From the NCBI GenBank assembly GCA_030747955.1, contig JASLJT010000181.1:1940-65939 (forward strand): DNA of 64,000 nucleotides, in the 5' to 3' direction. This DNA comes from Verrucomicrobiales bacterium (GTDB lineage: Bacteria; Verrucomicrobiota; Verrucomicrobiia; Verrucomicrobiales; DEV007). Position 1 is the stretch's first letter. Each line of letters opens with the position of its first letter. A program made the position numbers and the translations under genes. The notes under the pieces were generated by a model, which was not told where the DNA came from, ran no database searches, and worked only from the letters and a program-made list of their open reading frames with translations. This document shows positions 56,263 through 64,000 of this stretch, one piece after another.

Positions 56263-57627
56263 TTAAAGAGATCGAAGGAAATTTAAAACTAAGGAACGCT
56301 CCTTTTTGGAAAGGCTCGAGTATGCTTTTTTGGAAGAAAGGCCCTCTCCACCATGCCACATAATAGCCTCTTGCAGATTCCTAGCTCTGCCATCATGCAG
56401 AAAAAAAACATTTCCATTCACGATTTTAGTGAGGCCTATTCCCCAAAGAGGAGGGGTTCTCCACTCCTTTCCTGAAACCTCAGTTTTGTCTATTCCATCG
56501 GATAAATCGATTCCCATATCATGCAAAAGCAAATCCGTATAAGGTCTGATGGTTTGATTTTTCAATTCGCCAATCGTTGCATTAGAACTAGTTTTAAGTG
56601 TTTGGACGTGGCATTTCGCACACCCAATTTGGACAAATATTTCTTCGCCCTTTTGTACCAGCTCATTTTCCGAGTCCCTTTGTGCTGGGGGAGCTAATGT
56701 CTTAAGATAAGTTACAACTCTACCCAGTTTTGAATCATCGATGTCAGGTCCTTGGGTATTTCCAACACTTTTTATAATCTTATCTTGATTGCCAGCAAAG
56801 TCCTCCTTTGGGTGAATGCTACTAGTAATGCCCATGTCCCGAAGAAAAGCGATCGCAGTTTGAAGTCTCAAACTTGGTTGGTTTGATTTCCACCCAAATC
56901 TCCCAAGTTCAGTTTTTCCACTTTCTTGGTTCAGCACATAATTCACTTTTCCTGATATGCCGTCCTTATTTTTATCACTAGGATCGGCCAGATTTAATAT
57001 TGTCTTTTCGTCGATGGCTTCCAACAAACCCAAGCCCACTAAGGGTTGAGCCAATCTCGGACTTAATAAAATCTGAGAGTGAGGTTGCCCATAAATTGGG
57101 TTTGTTATCAAAGTGTATTGGGGCCTTCTGAGAGAGACCGTTTCTCCGTCAGAAAGGGTTTCATTGATTAATTCGTATTGGATTTCGACTTTCCCTTCGG
57201 GCTTCACGCCTGGCGCAGCATTAACGGCGAGTTGTTGGCCGAAATTCGGATCTCCTCCGGCCATTCCTGGAACATCTAACCGAAACAAGAGCCCAACACC
57301 TGACTTATTATCCTGTGGTGGCGATCCACGCCCATCACGGACATGACACCCGGAACACGATCGAGCATGATAGAGAGGCCCCAGTCCATCACGGGCAGTT
57401 GTGGAACTCGGCGCGAAGACCCAATTTTTATTAAAAAACGAATTTCCAACAACGTGGGCCCGGCGATTGATTCTGGTGATGTTTGCTAGAGGCAACCCAA
57501 AGGCATTCGGGCCTTTTTGAAAAACAGTAGTGCTTCCACCGCTTAGAACGGTTTCAGCCTTTAAGATAAGAGAGAATACCGAGAAGAAACCAAGAAAAAG
57601 AAATAAGACTATCTTATACGCATTCAC
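56263..57627 (-). CDS. DUF1111 di-haem (two CxxCH) peroxidase-like / thiol oxidoreductase-family protein
   Basis: CSGCHVRDGRG and CAKCHVQT haem motifs, RFGWK, and the C-terminal FLHDGRARNLQEAIMWHGGE. GTG start 5 nt after the imelysin stop. Confidence 0.8.
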   Translation of the reverse strand: MNAYKIVLFLFLGFFSVFSLILKAETVLSGGSTTVFQKGPNAFGLPLANITRINRRAHVVGNSFFNKNWVFAPSSTTARDGLGPLYHARSCSGCHVRDGRGSPPQDNKSGVGLLFRLDVPGMAGGDPNFGQQLAVNAAPGVKPEGKVEIQYELINETLSDGETVSLRRPQYTLITNPIYGQPHSQILLSPRLAQPLVGLGLLEAIDEKTILNLADPSDKNKDGISGKVNYVLNQESGKTELGRFGWKSNQPSLRLQTAIAFLRDMGITSSIHPKEDFAGNQDKIIKSVGNTQGPDIDDSKLGRVVTYLKTLAPPAQRDSENELVQKGEEIFVQIGCAKCHVQTLKTSSNATIGELKNQTIRPYTDLLLHDMGIDLSDGIDKTEVSGKEWRTPPLWGIGLTKIVNGNVFFLHDGRARNLQEAIMWHGGEGLSSKKAYSSLSKKERSLVLNFLRSL

Positions 57628-57632
57628 GGGAA

Positions 57633-58814
57633 TTAAGGTTCTGGTTCCTTAGAAACATTAATGCCCGAATTACTGGCAATCCTGACAAAACCATCTGCTA
57701 GATTTTCTAATTCTTCAATTAAATCGATAATCGCTTTTCTTGATTCAGAGCCGTCCTTTGCAAGGATAGCCTGATCGAATGGCGTGGGAATCGCTTTGGA
57801 TTTTTCTAGCGCTGCCGCTAGTGATTTATTTATTTTGGAAGCAAGTTCGGGATCCTTACTTGAAGCAAGTGCATTGATTCCGGGTCCTTCAATCTTAGTG
57901 CCATTGAGGGCTTTATAGGATCCAGACCAAACATTAATGATGCCAACAATATCATAGATAGCATCATTATGTGTCGTATCACTGAAGCAAGAATGCTCAT
58001 CTTCCTGAGCCCTTGATTCATATGCCACCAACAGTCTTTCTCCAGCCAACTCGAATCCGCTCAACAGAGTCATGCCCGATAGAATTTTTTGAATGGCTGC
58101 GAGTGGATCTTCTTTAACGAGAGAAGACCTATAGTTTTCTTGAGATGGCGCCCATTCATTTATTAGGCTTGCGAGATTTTCCAATAATAGGGCAACAGTG
58201 ATTTTAAGAAATGCTTTCCGGCGATCTGCATTGGCTGCCGTTGTGTAATCTGTGTGTGGACGGTCACCGGGTCCGTCAACTTGAAAATCCTGACCCCAGA
58301 GAAGAAATTCAATGGCATGATAACCACAGCTTATATTTTCCTCCCCATCCTTTTCGTTTAAACCTATCAAGAGCTCCTTGGTGATTTCAGGATAAGATTT
58401 AGCATCATTGATGATACCGGATTCGGGGACTTCTTTGACATAGTCGACGTAAGATTCGTCCATCGGCCAAGCATTGAGAAGCCCCTCGGGACCATCTTCA
58501 TCATCAATAGGGCCGCCATAAAAACGGTAAACTTCCGTTTGTAGGTAAGGTAGCCTTGCGCTTATCCAGCTTTCTTTTGCGGCCGATAAACCTTGTTCGG
58601 AGGGAGAATCGAGAAACTTATTTATTGAGTCACTCATCTCTGTTGCAGCATTATGTGAATCTAGGTAAGAGGCATAAACTATTTCTGAATATGTTTGAAC
58701 TATTTGAGTGAGGTCTAAAGGCTCGGACTTGGGAGAAACAGTTTTGTCCGACGAACAGGAAATCAAATAGAGGGCGGTAAAACCCAGAATAATGAAACGC
58801 AATACGATAAACAT
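57633..58814 (-). CDS. imelysin-family (Peptidase_M75-like) lipoprotein
   Basis: Lipobox LYLISCSS. The imelysin HxxE region GYHAIEFLLWGQD. Upstream partner of DUF1111, as in known loci. ATG at 58814. Confidence 0.75.
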   Translation of the reverse strand: MFIVLRFIILGFTALYLISCSSDKTVSPKSEPLDLTQIVQTYSEIVYASYLDSHNAATEMSDSINKFLDSPSEQGLSAAKESWISARLPYLQTEVYRFYGGPIDDEDGPEGLLNAWPMDESYVDYVKEVPESGIINDAKSYPEITKELLIGLNEKDGEENISCGYHAIEFLLWGQDFQVDGPGDRPHTDYTTAANADRRKAFLKITVALLLENLASLINEWAPSQENYRSSLVKEDPLAAIQKILSGMTLLSGFELAGERLLVAYESRAQEDEHSCFSDTTHNDAIYDIVGIINVWSGSYKALNGTKIEGPGINALASSKDPELASKINKSLAAALEKSKAIPTPFDQAILAKDGSESRKAIIDLIEELENLADGFVRIASNSGINVSKEPEP

Positions 58815-58868
58815 GATAATGATTATCAATATCGCTCGAATAATTTAAATCATCAAACCAAAAACCTG

Positions 58869-60929
58869 CTAAGCCACAACCCCATCATTATCACCGTCGT
58901 ACATAATTAGGGACTTCAAATGAAGATTTTCAGGGTTTTCTATATTAGGATCTAACTTGATTAATGCAGAAGAAAGGGACCGGGCTTGTTTCACCAGTTC
59001 CGTTTCCGTAATCAGATCACCTAGCTTGAGTCTATCAATACCGCTCTGTGCCTTGCCGAGCAATTCTCCTGGTCCTCGGAGTTTAAGATCTGCTTCAGCA
59101 ATGACAAATCCGTCCGAGCTTTCTTCAAGGGCCTTGAGCTTTGCTTTTGAGTCGTCGGTAACTTTTCCTGTCATGAGCACACAATAACTGTTGTGCTTCC
59201 CTCTCCCGATCCTGCCCCTGAGTTGATGAAGTTGGGCCAATCCAAATCTTTCAGCATCAAATACATACATAATTGTGGCATTGGGAACGTCAACGCCCAC
59301 TTCGATTACGGTAGTGGAAATGAGAACATGGATTGATCCGATCCTAAAACGATCCATGATAGAATCTTTTTCTTCCGGAGGAATTCTGCCATGTAGTAAC
59401 TCACATTTAAAAGGTGATAAGTTTTCTGACCACTGCTGGAATTCACCTTCGACAGAGCCAACTTTAATTTTTTCTGAGTCTTCTATTAGAGGATAAACGA
59501 TATAGGCTTGTCGGCCTTCGCTAAGTTTAGTTTTCAGGAACTTAATAGAATCTGAGAGATGCTTCTTTGATTGCCGGACATATGTATTAATTTTTCCCCT
59601 TCCGGGCGGCAGTTCATCTATGACAGAAACATCCAAATCTCCGTATACAGTGAGCGTTAGGGTGCGGGGAATTGGGGTAGCCGTCATTACAAGAACATCA
59701 GGGCAGGACCCTTTATTTATTAATTTTTGTCTCTGACTCACTCCAAATTTGTGTTGTTCATCAATGACTATAAGGCCGAGATTTTTGCTATCTGTTGAAT
59801 CATATAAAAGGGCATGAGTGCCCACAATAACACCGGGAGAATTTTGTTCAAAAAGAGGCAAATCAGAGCCTGTTTTCTTTTTTGCAGTACATAAACCAAC
59901 ATTGATTCCAAGGGGTTCCAACCATTGAGAAAGTACAGCATGATGTTGTTCGGCCAATATTTGGGTTGGAGCCATGAGGGCAGCCTCAGAACCCGCTTCT
60001 ATGGCGAGTAAAATAGCACAAACCGCTACAAGAGTTTTTCCGGACCCAACGTCTCCCTGGAGGAGTCTGTTCATTGGTTTTGATGAAGCAAGATCAGAGC
60101 GTATTTCGTCTACGCAACGAGACTGAGCGGAAGTCATCTCAAAGGGCAGTGAGGAAAGTAATTTTGTTAGCAATTTCCCAGGGCCACAATTTGCGGACCC
60201 GGGCAACGCATTATGCTGTGCTTTTCTGTAAGCAACATTGAGCTGCAAAATAAAAAATTCCTCACAAGCCAATGCCCGTCTAGCCGATGCAAGTTCATTA
60301 TCTGAGGCTGGGAAGTGAATTGCACGTAGAGCTTTAATCCTGCAAATTTCTACAAGGTCATTGGGGGGTAATATTTCGGGAAAACCATCCTCCTCTAAAT
60401 TTTCAATGATGTCGAAAAGAGCTTCTCTTAATGGCCTTTGGCTAATGCCGCTTGAGAGTGGATATATAGGTGTAATGCGATCAAGATGAATGCCCGAGTT
60501 CTCATTGTCTGCATCAACAATTTCAAATTCCGGATGATCAATTATTAACCGCTTACCGCTTTTTTTAACTTTTCCGTAAACTATAATTTTGTGACCGACT
60601 AGGATCATCTTGTGAATGAAAACCATGTTAAACCAACGCAATGTGATTTGATTTATACCTGCCCCTTCTGAGTCACTGATTAGAGCTTCAAAAAAGCGGC
60701 GTCTTCCATAGAACTTTTTTGAAGAATCAATGACCTCACCCTTAAAGCATATTGGAGATTCCGTAGGCTCATAAGGAAATTCATTGAACTGTTGACGGTT
60801 TTCGTACCTCTTTGGATAATGTGCAAGGAGATCATTTACTTTCGTATAGCCAATCTTTGTAAGATTCTTAAGGAGCTTTTTATCCAATGAACCTATTTCA
60901 TCGATAGGGGTTTCCGCGGTGAAAGACAT
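58869..60929 (-). CDS. recG: ATP-dependent DNA helicase RecG
   Basis: Wedge/OB N-terminus. Walker A LLQGDVGSGKT, DEQHKFGV, MTATPIPRT and HQLRGRIGRG helicase motifs. Confidence 0.95.
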   Translation of the reverse strand: MSFTAETPIDEIGSLDKKLLKNLTKIGYTKVNDLLAHYPKRYENRQQFNEFPYEPTESPICFKGEVIDSSKKFYGRRRFFEALISDSEGAGINQITLRWFNMVFIHKMILVGHKIIVYGKVKKSGKRLIIDHPEFEIVDADNENSGIHLDRITPIYPLSSGISQRPLREALFDIIENLEEDGFPEILPPNDLVEICRIKALRAIHFPASDNELASARRALACEEFFILQLNVAYRKAQHNALPGSANCGPGKLLTKLLSSLPFEMTSAQSRCVDEIRSDLASSKPMNRLLQGDVGSGKTLVAVCAILLAIEAGSEAALMAPTQILAEQHHAVLSQWLEPLGINVGLCTAKKKTGSDLPLFEQNSPGVIVGTHALLYDSTDSKNLGLIVIDEQHKFGVSQRQKLINKGSCPDVLVMTATPIPRTLTLTVYGDLDVSVIDELPPGRGKINTYVRQSKKHLSDSIKFLKTKLSEGRQAYIVYPLIEDSEKIKVGSVEGEFQQWSENLSPFKCELLHGRIPPEEKDSIMDRFRIGSIHVLISTTVIEVGVDVPNATIMYVFDAERFGLAQLHQLRGRIGRGKHNSYCVLMTGKVTDDSKAKLKALEESSDGFVIAEADLKLRGPGELLGKAQSGIDRLKLGDLITETELVKQARSLSSALIKLDPNIENPENLHLKSLIMYDGDNDGVVA

Positions 60930-60937
60930 GCAGTGGT

Positions 60938-62650
60938 TTAGCTAATGGCGGAACGGATGGCTTTAATATTCATTTGTATACTGACCTTACCTCTAAAATC
61001 ATTTCTAAGAACCGTGAAAGCGATATCCCATGGGGGCTTAGGAAGCTCATAGTCTGTTCCATTAAAATAAATAGCATCACAAATAGATTTACGCTGACGC
61101 AGGGTCATTCTTATATGTTTTTCCTTAAGAATTCTTGGTTCTGAAGTTGGAGTAACTCCGCGGCAGAATAGCAAAGGCTCAGGATTTTTGGACCCAAAGG
61201 GTTCAAGCTTTAAGTAATGGTCGAGTAAATTCAGATGCAATTCACTGAGAGGACATTCGGCGTCCAATCTCAGTTTTGGGGTAAGGCAATCCTGATTACT
61301 GTTTGCAGAAACATGAGCACAAAGATGATCATGGAATGCATTTATTTGATCCTCATGAATTGAAATCCCTGCCGCCATTTGATGACCACCACCAGATATA
61401 AGGAATTGACGACCATCATTGATGACATCAATTAATGAAATTCCTTCAATGCTCCTGCCGCTTCCCTTTCCTATCCCATCTTTATCAATGGCAACAACAA
61501 ATACAGGGCGATGAATTTTTTTTGAAATGCGAGATGCGACGATACCAACGACGCCAGGGTGCCATCCTTGTTTTCCTAAAACAATCCCCATATTCTTTGT
61601 TCCGAACTGACCACTATCAATCATTTCAAAGGCTTCTGCAGTGGTTCTCCGCTCCAGATCCTGTCTTTGACGATTTCGTTCCTCCAATGTGTCAGCCATT
61701 CTCATAGCTTTAGCCGAGTCAACGCACAGTAGTAATTCAAGAGCCTTTCCCGCAGTATCGATTCTTCCTGCCGCATTTATGCGTGGCCCGATACGGAAAC
61801 CAATGTCCATTGCACTGTAAGGGGGTCGAATATTAGCTAATTCGATGAGTGCAGCGAGCCCAGCATTTTTGGTTCTACCTAGTTCAACTAACCCACGTTT
61901 CACCAGGGCACGGTTTTCATCAATTAATGGGACCAGATCTGATACGGTTCCAACAGCGACCAGATCAAGAAATTCTCGCAAATCAAATTCCGCTAATGGC
62001 CGGCGCTTTAAGAGAGCGTGGGCAAGTTTAAATACTATGCCAACACTACAAAGATAATCATAACTGGATTCTGAAAGATCCCTAGTGGCCTTAGGGTTGA
62101 CCAGAGCACAACAATCAGGCAAGCCCTCGGGCGAAGCTTCATGGTGGTCTAAAATAACAGTTTCAACGTTCTTTTCATTGAGCCACGTAATTTCTTTATT
62201 TGATGTTGTTCCGCAGTCGACGGCTATGATTAAAGACGGTGAAAATTCATCCAGACAACGGGTCAATGCATTTACAGAAAGCCCATAGCCTTCTTCGATT
62301 CTATGAGGCAAGAAAGGCATCGATTCGTTCCCATAAGCCGATAAAATTTTATTGAGAAGGGTCAAAGAAGTGACTCCATCAACATCGTAATCTCCGTAAA
62401 TGACAATGGACTCTTTTTTGTCTATTGCTTGAAGAACACGATCAACCGCCGCATCCATGTTTGGTATCTCAAAGGGGTCACTGAGCGTATTCAATTTTGG
62501 GTTCAGATATGTTTGGCTCTCATTGATTGAATTGATACCACGGACATTCAAAATGTCCTTAATTACAGAAGGTATGTCACTACTTGAAATACCAGCAGTA
62601 GTCCGATCCGGGAGGATCCACTTACGAGCATCAAGTTTATCCGTGATCAT
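60938..62650 (-). CDS. recJ: single-stranded-DNA-specific exonuclease RecJ
   Basis: DHH motifs IYGDYDVDGVTS, AVDCGT and ILDHH, plus the DHHA1 motif GGGHQMAAG. Confidence 0.95.
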   Translation of the reverse strand: MITDKLDARKWILPDRTTAGISSSDIPSVIKDILNVRGINSINESQTYLNPKLNTLSDPFEIPNMDAAVDRVLQAIDKKESIVIYGDYDVDGVTSLTLLNKILSAYGNESMPFLPHRIEEGYGLSVNALTRCLDEFSPSLIIAVDCGTTSNKEITWLNEKNVETVILDHHEASPEGLPDCCALVNPKATRDLSESSYDYLCSVGIVFKLAHALLKRRPLAEFDLREFLDLVAVGTVSDLVPLIDENRALVKRGLVELGRTKNAGLAALIELANIRPPYSAMDIGFRIGPRINAAGRIDTAGKALELLLCVDSAKAMRMADTLEERNRQRQDLERRTTAEAFEMIDSGQFGTKNMGIVLGKQGWHPGVVGIVASRISKKIHRPVFVVAIDKDGIGKGSGRSIEGISLIDVINDGRQFLISGGGHQMAAGISIHEDQINAFHDHLCAHVSANSNQDCLTPKLRLDAECPLSELHLNLLDHYLKLEPFGSKNPEPLLFCRGVTPTSEPRILKEKHIRMTLRQRKSICDAIYFNGTDYELPKPPWDIAFTVLRNDFRGKVSIQMNIKAIRSAIS

Positions 62651-62844
62651 CGTTAAAGAACTTGCGGGTAAGCCTGTTTACGTGAATCTGGTTCCTTTCC
62701 AACCCCATGCATGGTGGTTATGATAAGGGCTATTGTTTCAGTTTTCTGTTTATTAATCATATTTTCAGGGGTGAATTTCCGCCTGATGATAATGTATATC
62801 AATGCATTTTCATAGCCTGACGCATATCAGTTCATGAGAATGTA

Positions 62845-64000
62845 TCATTTTCTCGAAGTTGTTTTTCTTGTTCGGATTTTCTTTACGGTTTTCCAAGTCG
62901 TGCCGTCGTTCGACACGAGGATGTTAAAGGTTACTAGGGCACGATCACTCAGTTTCCCCTCGCGATCCCGCGAGAGTACGACCCGGCCGATTTTCCCTTG
63001 CTCCAGCAACTTAATTTGGGCCCAACCCGTTGACTTGGTGGGAATCCAGCTACGTCCGTTGCCATACATTCCATCGTTCAGGAAAGCGATCTGATGCTTA
63101 TGCGCTAAGCCCGGAAGCAGCGAAGAAGCCGTAGCCTTGCCAGTTAAGGCGAGGTTTGTTTCTGAACTTGGTGCAAAGATCTCAAACTCATCTATGCAAG
63201 GTTGACCTATTGAGCCGGGCAAGATATTCACACGCACATACTGTGCCTCGACTGGTTCGAAACGGAATACGTTTGGCTTTACGGGATCAAAACGGTGTAC
63301 GATTTCAAGGGCAAGGCGAGACTTGTCATCCGCCTTGGCTGTAGGGACATTGGAACTACTGGGCTGATCGAGCATGTAGGCAAGCAAGTGATTCATCTCG
63401 ACAGGTGATTGAACCAAACCGGCCGGCATCATGGATTGATGGCTGGTGGCTCGTTTGGTAACTTCGGCACCCAGGAGCTTCATCACGGTTCCGGTGATCA
63501 TTCTTAATTCCACAGTATCACCGTCTTTTTCGATAAATCCGGTGTGTTTGGCGCCATCCTTCATGGTCAGTGTGGTGGGATGGAAGTTGGGCGAGACGAA
63601 ACGATTCGGGAGGAGGATTGATTCCGCGAGGTATTGAGGGGAGAAGCGTGTATGCACGTTCACCAGCGAAGGGCCAATGCCTCCGCCCTTGCCATCGTCA
63701 GGAGCTAGGTGGCAGGCGATGCAGCCGCGGGCCGTGAACAGTTTCTTACCGGCTGCAGCTTCCCCCTTTTGGTAGGTGGTGTTCCAGTCCATTTCGGCGA
63801 ATGCCGGGGGAATCTTTTCGTTGCTGGATAAGTTAGCGGTTTCTAAGGCACGCAAAGCTTCCTTCTGGGCGCGAGCATTCACAGATGCCTTCGATTTGGA
63901 TCCCAGATCGACACCGGCGTTCTTGAGGATCGTCAGTATTTTGGAGTCAATATCGGTGTTTTTTAGAAAGAACAATTGCACCGCAGCAGGCAATTTCACG
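62845..64000 (-). CDS. cytochrome-c-domain (CxxCH) protein with C-terminal F5/8-type-C (discoidin) domain; N-terminus outside window
   Basis: The frame is open to the window end. LFTARGCIACHLAPDDGKGGGIGPSL...QSMMPAGL is a class-I cytochrome c pattern. The C-terminal ~150 aa are discoidin-like (NLALTGKATASS..WAQIKLLEQGKIGRVVLS). Confidence 0.7.
   Translation of the reverse strand, partial: VKLPAAVQLFFLKNTDIDSKILTILKNAGVDLGSKSKASVNARAQKEALRALETANLSSNEKIPPAFAEMDWNTTYQKGEAAAGKKLFTARGCIACHLAPDDGKGGGIGPSLVNVHTRFSPQYLAESILLPNRFVSPNFHPTTLTMKDGAKHTGFIEKDGDTVELRMITGTVMKLLGAEVTKRATSHQSMMPAGLVQSPVEMNHLLAYMLDQPSSSNVPTAKADDKSRLALEIVHRFDPVKPNVFRFEPVEAQYVRVNILPGSIGQPCIDEFEIFAPSSETNLALTGKATASSLLPGLAHKHQIAFLNDGMYGNGRSWIPTKSTGWAQIKLLEQGKIGRVVLSRDREGKLSDRALVTFNILVSNDGTTWKTVKKIRTRKTTSRK

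Noticed and set aside
1-64000. CRISPR arrays, transposases, integrases, prophage or toxin-antitoxin/defence cassettes
   Set aside because: I found no regularly spaced direct repeats and no ORF with recombinase, transposase, Cas or phage-structural motifs. The tRNA-His has no adjacent integrase, and I saw no repeat of its 3' end that would mark an integrated element.

Overview
This 64-kb window looks like a chromosomal segment from a PVC-superphylum bacterium, most likely Verrucomicrobiota. That assignment rests on gene content only: DUF1501, DUF1549/DUF1553 and DUF1552/DUF1592 gene pairs, several DUF1080 paralogs, a sulfatase, an LpxC-FabZ fusion and a giant lamin-tail/CotH protein. By eye the sequence is moderately AT-rich. 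nt 1-32.8k form an accessory-type island packed with exported enzymes, most of unknown function. It holds seven twin-arginine (RRxFL) leaders, four DUF1501 paralogs, two DUF1549/DUF1553 proteins, one DUF1552/DUF1592 pair, DUF3500, four DUF1080 genes, a Gfo/Idh/MocA oxidoreductase, a xylose-isomerase-like TIM barrel, a ThuA-like protein, three secreted phosphoesterases and a GH99-like hydrolase. nt 32.9k-64k are mostly housekeeping genes: proS, an M20 peptidase, trxA, lpxC-fabZ, lpxA, tRNA-His, rnc, mnmG, pdhABC, recG and recJ. These are interrupted by a 2,308-aa lamin-tail/CotH surface protein and an imelysin/DUF1111 pair. I recognised no rRNA, CRISPR array, transposase, integrase or phage gene. 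The strongest hunt result is a membrane-anchored PRX_like2/redoxin gene (49247..50017). The ORF track splits it in two, but it is one reading frame with an in-frame TGA exactly at the first Cys of the WCPxC redox motif and a small hairpin just downstream, so it is a candidate selenoprotein. Other items worth a second look are an uncharacterised RIO/Kdo-kinase-like protein coupled to a 2-TM membrane protein, an identical 16-bp perfect palindrome present twice at mnmG, a non-canonical DUF1501-DUF3500 pairing, and a periplasmic 3-keto-glycoside enzyme set. All family assignments come from motif recognition by eye and need HMM or structure searches to confirm.
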